DNA from: Eledone cirrhosa
Taxonomy: Eukaryota
Assembly (NCBI GenBank): GCA_964016885.1
Contig: OZ024753.1
Span: 13,578,001 to 13,642,000, forward strand
Reading direction: 5' to 3'
Length of the DNA: 64,000 nucleotides
Within the stretch, counting starts at the first letter, position 1. Each line of letters starts with the position of its first letter. A program made the translations under genes and the position numbers. The notes under the pieces were generated by a model. The model saw only the letters and a program-made list of their open reading frames with translations, made no database searches and was not told the DNA's origin. Of the stretch, positions 25,200 to 38,677 are shown in pieces.

Positions 25200-25940
25200 G
25201 AAGTAACTCCCCAATCTCCCAGCTACACAGCCTATTGAGTAATGTTTCCAAAAGACACTTCAGAGGAACCCCATTTCAACCGATTGTATTTGTGATCATA
25301 TTCTTTCAGTTATTATTCAAGATTCATGACTATAGACATAAACAGCCAGTTTGTTTTTTACACCTACCTCCCTTCTCATGACCGAATGCTGAAGCTGGTG
25401 CATTACTGCACAAGCTCCAACAATTCTTGCATTTAATTCAGCCTTCTGTCTGCCACCATCCATGAAAACGCCTCTGAGATACTTGAACTTCTCCACCTGC
25501 TTCGGTATAACTTCAATTATAAACAGAGAACACTTCACAGGCCTTCTCGAGAGGACGAATGTCTGTCTTCAGAGCACTAATTTTCATTCCTGGCATGCAG
25601 CACTCTGCACTAAACCTATCAATTTCATGTTGGAGATCAGATGGATTCATAAGTGAAACCTTATAGCACTATTTCATACCTGGAGAGTATGGCTAAAAAT
25701 CCATCTATGTAATCAATCATTGAAAGAAAAAAAATCAATCAATATATTTAATCATCGAAGACAAACTATCGATTATGATTGAACCACATGAGACTCAGGT
25801 ACTCTTCAGAGGTTTAGTCTTAACATTCTAAAAGCAATATAGAATGAAGATGGTAAATAAATCAATATACTTGGGAATATCCACAGCTAAGTCCATGTTC
25901 ACCATGCCGAGAAGCACGTGGGGAAATACGCTAGACCAGG
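25200..25940 (-). mobile_element. Highly decayed RTE-clade RT fragment
   Basis: Minus ORF KQVEKFKYLRGVF....ELNARI..A....QL resembles the V..FKYLG...EI..RI RT motif. Confidence 0.65.
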
Positions 25941-27080
25941 GGTAAATAAATATCCACAAGGTGGACGATAACTCCGCTAGAAATAGGAGCAAATTAAAAC
26001 ATCAAATATGTTTTGAATTTTGTGTTTCTCGATAAGCTAGCTCAATAAATGAGGTCGTGTAGGTGCCATGACAAACAAAAAACACACAGTCCACGCTGTA
26101 ATGTGGCCGTGTAGGTAACACGGTAAAAACCTCCCAGTCCACACTGTAAATGTGGTTGGTGTTAGGAAGGGCATCCAGCCGTAGAAAAATTACCAGGCAG
26201 TCCTATACGAGTGAGATGACCAATCTTGCCACAAGTAGGACAATTCCCGTCTAAACCCGTGCTAACATGGAAGATAGACGTTAAACGATGATGATGATGA
26301 TGATGATTATCTAGAGCCATAATAACCAAATAAAGATATATATGTTTCTTGTGCGATATATGGCTCTTTTTCTCTCTGTATATACATATATCTCTTTATT
26401 TGGTTATATATATATATAACGGAATACTCCTATGTTTTACTGGCAAAGATTCAAAATCGAATCTGAGGTTTCTCTCCTCTGAGACCACCCATTATTGGGA
26501 GTTTCCCACGATCGCCCTGTCAAGAAACAAGTATGATAAACATACATACCACTTGACCTGTGACTCCACGCTAGCACGGGTTTAGCATGTAGTTTGTCCT
26601 ACTTGAAGCAAGATTGGTTGTCTCACTCGTATAGGACTGTCTGGTAGGTTTTCTACTGCTGATCATAAATCAATCTCATATACACACCCGTCTAGCTATA
26701 GCTTTATTATAAATACAAGGACTTTGGGAACCCAGCACGTAGAGACCAAAGCAAGCAGTCCGTGTTAAGGTTAACCATATAGCAGACCTTTCACTCTATC
26801 TCTCTCTCCTGGCTTTCACCTTCTCGGACGCAGACTACAGCCAGACATAAACCAGCAGTCCTTGAGACACACACACATAGTAAGTTTCCTATTGTTTACT
26901 TTCTATGCTTCACCTATTCTTTCGTCTCCCTGTTATATTGTATCGTCGTATTGACACGTGCATTCATGCTAGCTCGAAGTAGCTAGCCAGTAATTAATTT
27001 AGTTATAAATTCTGTCAACATCACACTTCTGGCATTATTCTTCTTATCAAACATCCATCAAAGAATACCATTTATCCACT

Positions 27081-27128
<48 letters not shown>

Positions 27129-27136
<8 letters not shown>

Positions 27137-27285
27137 TAAAATAACAGATTAAAGTTTAAGCAAAGAATCGCTGCTTTCACCCTTAACGGGATCTTCTGAA
27201 ACTAACCTTTAGTTTCAGAAGATCCCGTTAAGGGTGAAAGCAGCGATTCTTTGCTTAAACTTTAGTCTGTTATTTTAATAAATAT
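27129..27285. repeat. Near-perfect palindrome, 77-bp arms, 3-nt loop, in (TA)n
   Basis: One mismatch between arms; each arm carries CAGAAGA-TCCCGTTAAGGGT-GAAA. Confidence 0.92.
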
Positions 27286-27424
27286 TTGCTCTACGGTTCT
27301 TATATATTTGATATATATAGTCTTCAATTTTATTATTATTACTATATATATATATATATATATATATAAATGAAGTATTTCTGTAAAGGAAAAAAGAGTG
27401 CTCTATGTAGGCTACAGAGCTTTT

Positions 27425-27631
27425 TAGTTATGTAATAAACAACATAAGATAATTCATTTACCAGTGGTTTCTTGAAGAACTTAACACTTATGTCTGTCTT
27501 CATTCATGAGAAAATTTTTTTCATCAGAAAAAATTTTTTTTATGATGAACGAAGACAGACATAATTGTCAAGCTCTTCAAGAAACCACTGGTAAATGAAT
27601 TAATTATCTTATGTTGTTTATTACATAACTA
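27425..27631. repeat. Imperfect palindrome (about 85-bp arms) next to (TA)n with degenerate hammerhead-like cores
   Basis: TAGTTATGTAATAAACAACATAAG...CTTATGTTGTTTATTACATAACTA; right arm ATGATGA...GAAACCACTGGTA. Confidence 0.85.
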
Positions 27632-27902
27632 TATATATATATATGCAGAAACACAGATGAATGTCCCTTGCAAGGCAAATACAACATTAAATCCGTTGTA
27701 TATGAGGCAATTATAAGACCTCTTCACACCAACCAACCTTCTATAGTCCAGAAATAGCCATCGAAACAGCTTGAGCTCTGCCGTCGGGGTTAAACATTTT
27801 CCTATTACCCACTCTACTACCCTAAGTATTGAATATTCTGGTGCGTTATGGTCCATCTGGTTCCTTACCACACCTCCTTCGTTATATATATATATATATA
27901 TA

Positions 27903-28252
27903 TCGTTTCATTTCATCATCATCATTTCATTTTACGTCCGCTTTTCCCTGTTTGCAAGGGTGAGATGGGAACTGATTCTGGCTTTATTTCTACAGCTGGA
28001 TGCCCTTCCTAACATCAACCTCATTTACAGTGAGTGCTGGGTGCTTTTTTGCCATGGCACCTCCACGACCACTTTGCAGTGGAATGATATGGACCCTAGT
28101 CCCTATCATCTCATTTCTACAGCTGAGTAAACTGGAGCAATGTGAAATAAAGTGTCTTACTCAAGGAAACAACACATCGCCCTGTCTGAGAATTGAACTC
28201 ACAACCTTTCGATTGCAAGGCCAATGCTCTAACCACTAAGCCATGTGCCTCC
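27903..28252 (-). mobile_element. SINE family A, full length, inserted in (TA)n
   Basis: Reverse complement of 23092-23430. Confidence 0.88.
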
Positions 28253-28379
28253 ATATATATATATAAAAATAGGAAAAAGCGAGAAAGTTGAACACAGAGT
28301 ACCATGGAGTTACGTTTTTTTCTATTATATACACTCTGCTTGTGTATAAAGACGTCTGAATTCGTTCATCAGATAGAAA

Positions 28380-28448
28380 TCTATCTGATGACCGGATTCA
28401 GTCGCCTCTGTTAGAATCGTCTGACTTCGTGAAACCTTGAGTAATGGA
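28380..28448 (+). ncRNA. Candidate type I hammerhead ribozyme
   Basis: Stem I TCTAT/ATGGA, CTGATGA 28385-28391, imperfect stem II, GAAA 28431-28434, AC..GT stem III, GUA triplet. Confidence 0.55.
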
Positions 28449-28739
28449 ATAATTATGTTGTGTTGTTTATTACATAAATAAAAAATATATATGTATACGT
28501 GTGCGTGTGTATGTGTGTGTGACTGTTTAATGATTGTTTCTCAGTTGCTATTATGTGATAATTAAAATTTGAAGTGTCACATAATCAGCCGAATAAATAA
28601 ACATAGATAATAATTAACAAGCCATATGTTATCACCATTCTGCCACTAGTATCTCACTGCTTCCTTGCACAAGACACTTAACCTTTATTTAACTGTCTCC
28701 ATATATTTATTAATCAGAACTTTCCTTCTATATTATAGT

Positions 28740-31000
28740 TGTCAAGTCAAAAGTACTCAAACTATACGGCCATATAGAAAGATCAACTCGTGTTGTGAGT
28801 AGGTTATACCTGGAAGGAAGATTGGCTGGTAAGAGAAGCAGAGGTTGGCAGCCAAAACGATGGCTTGATAATGTCAACTTATAGACTGGACTTGATCATT
28901 GCTCTTTAAACTCTGCAGTTGGTGATCAAAAGGTATTATATATTCCTGGAAGGAAGGTTGGCTGGTAAGAGAAGCAGAGGCTGACAGCCAAAACACTGGC
29001 TTGATAATGTCAACTTCTGGACTGGACTTGATCTTTGCTCTTTAAACTCTGCTGTTGGTGATCAAAAGGTATTATATATTCCTGGAAGGAAGGTTGGCTG
29101 GTAAGAGAAGCAGAGGCCGGCAGCCAAAACGATGGCTTGATAATGTCAACTTATAGACTGGACTTGATCATTGCTCTTTAAACTCTGCTGTTGGTGATCA
29201 AAAGGTATTATATATTCCTGGAAGGAAGGTTGGCTGGTAAGAGAAGCAGAGGTTGGCAGCCAAAACGATGGCTTGATAATGTCAACTTATAGACTGGACT
29301 TGATCATTGCTCTTTAAACTCTGCAGTTGGTGATCAAAAGGTATTATATATTCCTGGAAGGAAGGTTGGCTGGTAAGAGAAGCAGAGGCTGACAGCCAAA
29401 ACACTGGCTTGATAATGTCAACTTCTGGACTGGACTTGATCTTTGCTCTTTAAACTCTGCTGTTGGTGATCAAAAGGTATTATATATTCCTGGAAGGAAG
29501 GTTGGCTGGTAAGAGAAGCAGAGGCCGGCAGCCAAAACGATGGCTTGATAATGTCAACTTATAGACTGGACTTGATCATTGCTCTTTAAACTCTGCTGTT
29601 GGTGATCAAAAGGTATTATATATTCCTGGAAGGAAGATTGGCTGGTAAGAGAAGCAGAGGCTGACAGCCAAAACGATGGCTTGATAATGTCAACTTATAG
29701 ACTGGACTTGATCATTGCTCTTTAAACTCTGCTGTTGGTGATCAAAAGGTATTATATATTCCTGGAAGGAAGGTTGGCTGGTAAGAGAAGCAGAGGCCGG
29801 CAGCCAAAACGATGGCTTGATAATGTCAACTTATAGACTGGACTTGATCATTGCTCTTTAAACTCTGCTGTTGGTGATCAAAAGGTATTATATATTCCTG
29901 GAAGGAAGATTGGCTGGTAAGAGAAGCAGAGGCTGACAGCCAAAACGATGGCTTGATAATGTCAACTTATAGACTGGACTTGATCATTGCTCTTTAAACT
30001 CTGCTGTTGGTGATCAAAAGGTATTATATATTCCTGGAAGGAAGATTGGCTGGTAAGAGAAGCAGAGGCTGACAGCCAAAACGATGGCTTGATAATGTCA
30101 ACTTATAGACTGGACTTGATCATTGCTCTTTAAACTCTGCAGTTGGTGATCAAAAGGTATTATATATTCCTGGAAGGAAGGTTGGCTGGTAAGAGAAGCA
30201 GAGGCCGGCAGCCAAAACGATGGCTTGATAATGTCAACTTATAGACTGGACTTGATCATTGCTCTTTAAACTCTGCTGTTGGTGATCAAAAGGTATTATA
30301 TATTCCTGGAAGGAAGATTGGCTGGTAAGAGAAGCAGAGGCTGACAGCCAAAACGATGGCTTGATAATGTCAACTTATAGACTGGACTTGATCATTGCTC
30401 TTTAAACTCTGCTGTTGGTGATCAAAAGGTATTATATATTCCTGGAAGGAAGATTGGCTGGTAAGAGAAGCAGAGGCTGACAGCCAAAACGATGGCTTGA
30501 TAATGTCAACTTATAGACTGGACTTGATCATTGCTCTTTAAACTCTGCTGTTGGTGATCAAAAGGTATTATATATTCCTGGAAGGAAGATTGGCTGGTAA
30601 GAGAAGCAGAGGCTGACAGCCAAAACGATGGCTTGATAATGTCAACTTATAGACTGGACTTGATCTTTGCTCTTTAAACTCTGCTGTTGGTGATCGAAAG
30701 GTATTATATATTCCTGGAAGGAAGGTTGGCTGGTAAGAGAAGCAGAGGCCGGCAGCCAAAACGATGGCTTGATAATGTCAACTTATAGACTGGACTTGAT
30801 CATTGCTCTTTAAACTCTGCTGTTGGTGATCGAAAGGTGTTATATATTCCTGGAAGGAAGGTTGGCTGGTAAGAGAAGCAGAGGCTGACAGCCAAAACAC
30901 TGGCTTGATAATGTCAATTTATAGACTGGACTTGATCTTTGCTCTTTAAACTCTGCTGTTGGTAATCGAACTTTGTGGAGAGAGATATCTCATGTTGATA
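28740..31000 (+). mobile_element. RTE LINE 3' coding fragment hosting a satellite
   Basis: Reads VKSKVLKLYGHIERS...LEGRLAGKRSRGWQPKRWLDNV..TGL; after the array NRTLWREI. Confidence 0.8.
28809..30970. repeat. 136-bp satellite, about 16 copies
   Basis: Unit starts at 28809, 28945, 29081 and so on. Confidence 0.96.
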
Positions 31001-31139
31001 CCCAGTCTGGTGGAGTTTAGCATCAAAATAGTAATGTACTGGGGTTGATTAGGCTGACTTTTCCCTTAAATTGCTGGCCTTGTGCCTAATGTAGAAACTA
31101 ACATTTTTAATATCGGCTGCTTTTTCTCTCACATGATAC

Positions 31140-32470
31140 TTACTCCTACTGTCTTTTACACCACCACCTCCTACTACTACTCCTGCTGTCTCTTACACCA
31201 CCTCCTACTACTCCTACTGTCTCTTACACCACCTCTTACTACTACTACTCCTACTGTCTCTTACACCATCTCCTACTACTACTCCTGTCTCTTACACCAC
31301 CTCTTACTACTACTACTCCTACTGTCTCTTACACCACCTCCTACTACTCCTACTGTATGTTGCACTACCTCCTACTACTACTCCTACTGTCTCTTACACC
31401 ACCTACTCCTACTGTCTGTTGCACTACCTCCTACTACTACTACTGTCTCTTACACCACCTCCTACTACTCCTACTGTCTGTTGCACTACCTCCTACTACT
31501 CCTACTGTCTCTTACACCACCTACTACTCCTATTGTCTGTTGCACTACCTCCTACTACTACTCCTACTGTCTCTTACACCACCTACTACTCCTACTGTAT
31601 GTTGCACTACCTCCTACTACTACTCCTACTGTCTCTTACACCACCTCCTACTACTCCTACTGTCTGTTGCACTACCTCCTACTACTACTCCTACTGTCTC
31701 TTACACCACCTACTACTCCTACTGTCTGTTGCACTACCTCCTACTACTACTCCTACTGTCTCTTACACCACCTCCTACTCCTACTCCTATTGTCTCTTAC
31801 ACCACCTCCTACTACTCCTACTGTCTCTTACACCTCTTCCTACTACTACTCCTGTCTCTTGCACCACCTCCTACTACTACTCCTACTGTCTCTTACACCA
31901 CCTCCTACTACTCCTGTCTCATGCACCACCTCCTACTACTACTCCTACTGTCTCTTACACCACCTCCTACTACTACTCCTACTGTCTGTTGCACCACCTC
32001 CTACTACTCCTACTGTCTCTTACACCTCCTCCTACTACTCCTACTGTCTCTTGCACCACCTCCTACTACTACTCCTACTGTCTCTTACACCACCTACTAC
32101 TACTCCTACTGTCTCTTACACCACCTCCTACTACTACTGCTACTGTCTCTTGCACCACCTCCTACTACTACTCCTACTGTCTCTTACACCTCCTCCTACT
32201 ACTACTCCCACTGTCTCGTATATCTCCTCCTCCTACTACTACTCCTACTGTCTCTTGCACCACCTCCTACTACTACTACTACTGTCTCGTATATCTCCTC
32301 CTCCTACTGTCTCTAACACTTCTCCCTACTCCCACTCTTACTCTCACATGTCCTCCTACTTCGCCTGATCTTCTTCCTCCTACTGCAACTGGTTCTCTTC
32401 CTCCTACTCTCACATGTTCCCCACTCCTACTAACACCTCCTACTCCCACTGGTCTTACTACTCCTACCAC
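31140..32470. repeat. Degenerate CTA/CTC/CAC-rich minisatellite (CTACTGTCTCTTACACCACCTC core)
   Basis: Low-complexity units; source of the T/P/L/Y-rich ORFs. Confidence 0.9.
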
Positions 32471-32710
32471 ACTCAATAAACAAATAAATAAAGTACACGC
32501 GAAGCTTATTATCATTGTTATAGATCCTGTAATGTCTGTGGGGCTGCCCCCTTCCAAGACAACTCCTGATCAGAGTCCTTACACATGAAGATGTCCCTGG
32601 AAAGATATGTAATATGTAATTCATCCAGGAAGTCGACCACATTTTCCAGGCCAGGTAAGTTTTCTATCGTCTATTTACACATGTAGACTGGTTATATTGA
32701 TATATTTTCT

Positions 32711-32907
32711 GGCGGTGGATTGGCAGTAGCGGTAGAGGGTCCGTCTGGACGCCATGCTTTGCAGCATAGTGTTATGGCCCTTGCCATTCTGTGATCAAAT
32801 TCCACTGAGGTTAACTTTGTCTTTCATCCTTACGGGATCGTTAAAATAAAGTACCAGTAACGTACTGGATAATTGCTGGCCTTGTGCCAAAAGTAGAAAC
32901 ATTATTT
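32711..32907 (+). mobile_element. SINE family B with TSD
   Basis: TSD ATATATTTTCT at 32700-32710 and 32908-32918. Confidence 0.85.
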
Positions 32908-33008
32908 ATATATTTTCTTTTGCAAAGAAATACAATCTTCTCAATCATGTAAGATAGTCTTCAAAATAATAATAATAAAATAATAATAATAATAATAAAA
33001 CTAATAAT

Positions 33009-36000
33009 GATTTCTTTATTGGTCACAAGGGCTGACATCAAGAAAAACATTACAGACGGCACAGGATGGTACAGGACGGTACGATATGGGTTTTGTGTGT
33101 GTAAATATTTTTATTATTTATATAAGAAAAGAAAAAAAAAGGACACAGAAACATATATATATATAAACAATAAAAATGAAAATTGAAACAATGAAAAATT
33201 CCCCAATAGGAGGGAAACCTCCGAGGGTTACTCATGGCGAAAACCTCACAAAAGACCACGGCCACCCTGACCACCAGGGCAAGCGCCCTCTCTCAATTTT
33301 TCCATCTCTCAAACTACAGACGTATATTCAGAGCGGTCCCGTTCACTCGAACCATTCTCGCTACATTCACCCACCTTTCAACAAACTTGCTAGAAGGCAG
33401 CACTTGCCTCTCCACCCTGATTTTCCTCTTCAAGTGAAACTTGAAAAAGTTAATTAGGGATTTGCCGAAGAGGAAAGTGTCTGTCTTTAACCCTTTTAAC
33501 CTTGTCCACCACACACTCTCTTTCGCCATGGCCACCAGGCAGATGACAACTGCCTGCCCTTCCTCCTCGAAGGAAGACGGCGAGACCATCTGCACAATGA
33601 ACTCAGTCGACAACCGGATCAGTCCCACACGCGACAGCAACTATTCGACATAGCTCCACAAGTCAGCAATGCTCGGGCACTGAACGAGTGCATGCACAAC
33701 GGTTTCGTCGCTCTGCGCGCATCTCGGACAGGCTCGGCTGATGGTACTTCCGTGCCTGTAGAGCTTATCTTGAACCGGCAGCGCTCCCCGGTAGCACTGC
33801 CAGGCCAGGGATTTTTGGAAGTTATCCATAGGCCCCTGGCTGAAAGTTGTCCGGAAGAGAGCAAACAGCTGATTTTCTTCGACGCCCAGGATCTCGCCGA
33901 GAATGTTGTCGCTCTTCCCCTCCACTAGTCCTCTATAGAATGACGAGGTGGATGTTCCACCGATACTGGTGCCCAGCTGGGAGAGGGCAGTGAGCGCTTG
34001 GAGACATTCCAGTTTCCAAGCGCTATCCCTTGGTCTTTTTCTGACCCAGGACTGCAGCTCCGTCAAGGAGACGAGCTGTGGGAAAACGTGCCTGGCGAAC
34101 GGCGACCACACCTGTTCACCATCAAGTAAGCACCAGAGATGTCGCAGCCTCAGCGCATGTTTGTGCATCATCAGCCATGGCATGCCCAGTCCTCCACGGT
34201 GACGTCGTCAGCGTAAGCCGGCTCGGATTTCCCGCATCCTAGTTCGCGTGGGACGCCCCTCATCGCCCCCAGTTTGTGCAGTAATGACTCGAGAGCCAAT
34301 ACGTACAAGAGGGACGAGGGGGGACAACCCTGGCGGACTGAGCGTATGATGCTGAACGGCTGCGACAGGTGACCGTTCACCCTCACAACTGAGCAGATGT
34401 CGCTGTACATTGCTGCGATCCAACCCCTGAAAACGGGCCCGAAACTGGCTGCCTCGAGGACCGCCGCCAAGTACCGATGGTCGACCCTATCGAATGCTTT
34501 GGATTGATCCAAGTTGATCCTTGCCAGGTTCCTTAACCACCCTCTCTATGATGTATCATATGAGGTGGAGGTTATCGTGTATGGATCTGTCCGGAATGGT
34601 GCATGTCTGCGCCTCTCCCACCAGACCCTTGATGACAAGCGCCAACCTCATTGCTAACACCTTGGCCGAAATCTTGAACTCTGCGTTTAGCAAGGTTATG
34701 GGCCTGAAATTATCGATAACATCCCCCTTGTTCGGGTCTTTTCTCAGCAGCACCACTGCTCCCCGGCTCACAAAACTGGGAATGCTCCCATTTGGCTGCC
34801 AGTTGCAGTAGATGTCTGCCAAGAGGTCACCGAACAAATCTGGCATAAATACATAAAGCTCGTAGGGCAGACCATCTAAACCTGGCGATTTACCTCTTGT
34901 GCAGTTAGCCATCACTTCCCGTATTTCACCTGCTGTTATTGGCTTTTCGCAACACTGTGCTGCGGTCGTCGAGAGCCAGAGCAGTCCGTCGAGGTATGCA
35001 CTGAAGTCCATGCCCCGATCCGGGCCGGCGCCGCTCCCGAACAGTTCAGCAAAGTGCTGCTGAAAAGCTTCACACATCCGCTCGGGTTCGAGCATCACGC
35101 ACCCGTTTTGGTCAGACAAAGACCGAATTGTGGCTTTGTTGCCATGTCGCGCCTCTGCCACCCGGGCCCATTGGACAGCTTTTGTCCCCTCGTGTTTCAG
35201 AGCACGTGCTCTAGCTCTGACAACGCAGCCTTCGTGTTTTGCGTTGAAGAATTGGTCGAGTGCCAATCTCGCCGCAAGCACGTCGGTTGCGATGTCTGTC
35301 CTAAACGCATCTTCTAGCTTTCTGACTAGCTCTCCCTCTACTCTATTTTCCTCTATCACTACTCCTTTACTAAACCTAATCGACTCTACTTTAATTGCCC
35401 TTTTCAGGGCGAACCACCACCTGTTGTTGATGACTGCTCCCGTCAACGCCCGCTTAACTAATACGCTAATCCGGTCTGTAGGCTTTGCGCGCCGGGAAAG
35501 ATACGTTCAGCTTCCAGTAACCAGGCCCTTGTCTATGAAGTCTGTGTATGTTGATCTCACAGATCACAAATTTGTGTGGTCTGTGTAGTCGACTATTTTA
35601 AATTGTGGACAACTTATACTAGCCTTATCTAGTTCTCTGCAGAATACCCTATCGAGATACGATCTGGATGAGCCGATGCGGTTTGTCCATGTCCACATTG
35701 GCACATTCAGGTGATCCAGTCGATACCTGTCAGACAGTTCAAAACGTCTGAGCAGGTTGGTGAGGCTCTTGCACCCTCCTCCCCTATCCACTAGCCCCAC
35801 ACGGTCCCAGCGTGCATCCAAGATACCGTTCCAGTCGCCCACTAACACTAAAGAGCGGGACGTTCCAAGAAAGGTCTCTAGACGTCTGAAGAAATCTGGC
35901 CGTCCTGCCCCTGTTGGGGCGTAGACGGCTACTAGCCTGAAAGCATTGCCTTCGCTGCCGGTCTCGTCCAGCACCACCGACTTACCTTCTGGGTCCAGGA

Positions 36001-36172
36001 AGATGGCCCGTATCGTGAGAACCAAGCCTCTCTGAAAAAGAACAGCAACCCCTCCCCCCGATCCTGGACGGCTGGGAGATGCGTATACATCGTAGCCGCC
36101 GAAGATCGGTGCGAAGGTTTGTGCTTCGGAGATTCTGGTTTCACTGATGGCCACCACATCTATGTTTAGTGT
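33009..36172 (-). mobile_element. 5'-truncated L1/Tx1-clade LINE, ORF2 pseudogene (APE endonuclease, RT, zinc finger)
   Basis: AISETR, VYAP, VGDWN, YLDR (APE); KSPGLDGL, NFRPITLLN, DQSKAFDRVDH, VRQGCP, YADD (RT); CPRC...ETVVHALVQC (zf-RVT); frameshifts and a deletion after YADDVT; candidate TSD AAACTAATAAT at 32998-33008 and 36173-36183. Confidence 0.93.
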
Positions 36173-36195
36173 AAACTAATAATAATAAAAATATT

Positions 36196-36445
36196 AATAA
36201 TGATTTCTTTATTGGCCACAAGGGCTGACATCAAGAAAAACAGTACAGACGGCACAGGACGGTACGATGTGGGTTTTGTGCGTGTAAAGATTTTTATTAT
36301 TTATATAAGAAAAGAAAAAAAAGACATAGAAACATATATATATATATAAACAATAAAAATGAAAATTGAAACAATGAAAAATTCCCCAATATGGGGGAAA
36401 CCTCCGAGGGTCACTCGTGGCGAAAACCACAGCCACCCTGACCAA
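36196..36445 (-). mobile_element. Second short 3' end of the same L1/Tx1 family; further diverged 3' ends at about 36455-36590
   Basis: Nearly identical to 33003-33272. Confidence 0.85.
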
Positions 36446-36624
36446 ATAACAATATTAATAATGCTTTCTTTATTAACCACAAGGGTTTACACAAAGTAAG
36501 ACATTAAGGACAGTACAGGACAATACAGGACAATACAGGTCGGTACAAATGGGCATTTCTGCGTGTAATAATAATAATGATTTCTTTATTTCTTTTTGCT
36601 TTTTATTTTATTTAACTAAAAAAA

Positions 36625-36655
<31 letters not shown>

Positions 36656-36693
36656 TGCTGCTGATAATAATAATAAAACTTAATACATATAAT

Positions 36694-36810
36694 TGTTTCT
36701 ACTTTTGGCACAAGGCCAGCACTTAAATCAGTGTATTACTGGTACTTTATTTTATCGACCCTGTAAGGATGAAAGGCAAAGTTAACCTTGGCGGGATTTG
36801 AACTCAGACC
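36694..36810 (-). mobile_element. 5'-truncated SINE family B with 21-bp TSD
   Basis: ATAAAACTTAATACATATAAT at 36673-36693 and 36811-36831. Confidence 0.85.
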
Positions 36811-36833
36811 ATAAAACTTAATACATATAATGT

Positions 36834-36953
36834 AGCTCACGGCGGAGATGACGAAGGACCGTGACAAGTGGAGAGATGCTGTGCTGAATAGGCCCCGCCC
36901 CACTCTTGTAAGCAGGGAAAAGCGGATGTAAAATAATGATGATGATGATGATG
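36834..36953 (+). mobile_element. RTE LINE extreme 3' end with (GAT)n tail
   Basis: Matches reverse complement of 18025-18135 (LTAEMTKDRDKWRDAVLN). Confidence 0.8.
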
Positions 36954-37070
36954 AATGTATATACTTCCATTAAATCTTCCTGCATCTAATTTCTCTTGAA
37001 TATTTTGTTGTTATGTTTTCTTTGGTTCCATTAATTCAAATTGGTTTACCACATTTTACACATGGAATGT

Positions 37071-37230
37071 ATATGAGGACAGTTGAAAAAATATCCGACC
37101 TTAGACTGGGCCAAAAAAATAAACTGTTACCTACTTGGTGAGGTTCAATTGCTTAAACTCCTTTCGAAATAGGCTCCCTTGTGCCTCCACTCACTTAACC
37201 CAGTGATCCTTCCACTGTTTGAAGTAGTCC
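37071..37230 (-). mobile_element. Mariner transposon 3' fragment
   Basis: TA plus TIR-like TGAGGACAGTTGAAAAAATATCCG; minus reading W..W.K.VEAQG.F resembles mariner transposase C-terminus. Confidence 0.45.
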
Positions 37231-37259
37231 CTTTAACCCAGTGATCCTTCCACCATTTA

Positions 37260-37650
37260 ATAATAATAATGAAATTATTGTGTACAGTGCTCAGGTGCAC
37301 TACAACTCGTCAAAGGTGCATGTATAGTACATAGAATGATATACAAATGTCAGGGAAATGAATAGTGTATGAGTCATGATATACATGTGTGCGTGTGTAT
37401 GGAGGGGGAATGTTAGGTGTAGTGTTGTCGAATCTCAGGAAACATGGAGGTTTTAAAGGATGCAGTGTCTCAACCGCTAACAACTGATGCAGGTAGTTTG
37501 TTCCATGGAGGTTTTAAAGGATGCAGTGACTTGACAGCTAACAACTAATGCAGGTATTTTGTTCCATGGAGGTTTTAAAGGATGCAGTGATTCGACAGCT
37601 AACAACTGATGCAGGGAGTTTGTTCCATGGAGGTTTTAAAGGATGCAGTG
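37260..37650 (-). mobile_element. CR1/L2-type LINE 3' end with about three 61-bp tandem units
   Basis: Reverse complement matches 61100-61945; unit encodes WNKLPASVVS...ASFKT. Confidence 0.8.
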
Positions 37651-37978
37651 TGCACATGAATAAATGCAACTGCACTCTGTACATCCGCCACTACAGTCTA
37701 ACAATCTCTACAAAAGCTGCACGTGTGCACATGAATACATGCAGCTGCACTCTGTACACCCACCACTGCAGTCTAGTAATCACTCCAAAAGCCTGCATGT
37801 GTGCACATGAATACATGCAGCACCACACAGCACACTTTGTCTCCCTAACGTCATTACTTCCCAAGGTCCCAAGATATAAAAAAGGTCAGCTACTTTTTCC
37901 ACAGACTTAGTATATACCAGAGTAGATTTATCTCTAACTGTTTACATAACCATTTCATTCTGTGTGAAAGCTCAAAAT

Positions 37979-38635
37979 CTACTACTACTACTACTGCTGC
38001 TACTACTGCTGCTACTACTACTACTACTACTGCTACTACTACTACTACTACTACTATTACTACTGCTACTACAGTTACTACTACTACTGCTACTACTACT
38101 GCTACTACAGTTACTACTACTACTACTACAGTTACTACTACAGTTACTACTACTACTGCTACTGCTACTACTGCTACTACTACTGCTACTACTACTACTA
38201 CTACAGTTACTACTACTACTACTACTACAGTTACTACTACTGCTACTACTGCTACTACTACTGCTACTACTGCTACTACTACTACTACTGCTACTACTAC
38301 TACAGTTACTACTACTGCTACTACTACTGCTACTACTACTACTACTACTGCTGCTGCTGCTACTACTACTATTACTACTACTACTACTACTACTACAGTT
38401 ACTACTACTACTGCTACTGCTGCTGCCACCACCACCACCACTACTACTACTACTACTACTGCTACAGTTACTACTACTACTGCTACTACTACTACTACTA
38501 CTACTACAGTTACTACTACTACTACAGTTACTACTACTACTGCTACTACTACTGCTGTTGCCACCACCACCACCACTACTACTCCTACTACTACTACTAT
38601 TACTACTGCTGCTGCTGCTGCTGTTGCCACCACCG

Positions 38636-38677
<42 letters not shown>

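Noticed and set aside
26665-27083. Possible solo LTR ending in ACTACA
   Set aside because: No partner LTR, no clear 5' end or TSD.
31082-32588. Mucin-like T/P-rich ORFs
   Set aside because: Open in all three frames over a low-complexity repeat; no supported splice structure.
33009-36172. Active LINE or domesticated RT gene
   Set aside because: 5' truncated, multiple frameshifts and deletion of RT sequence after YADD.
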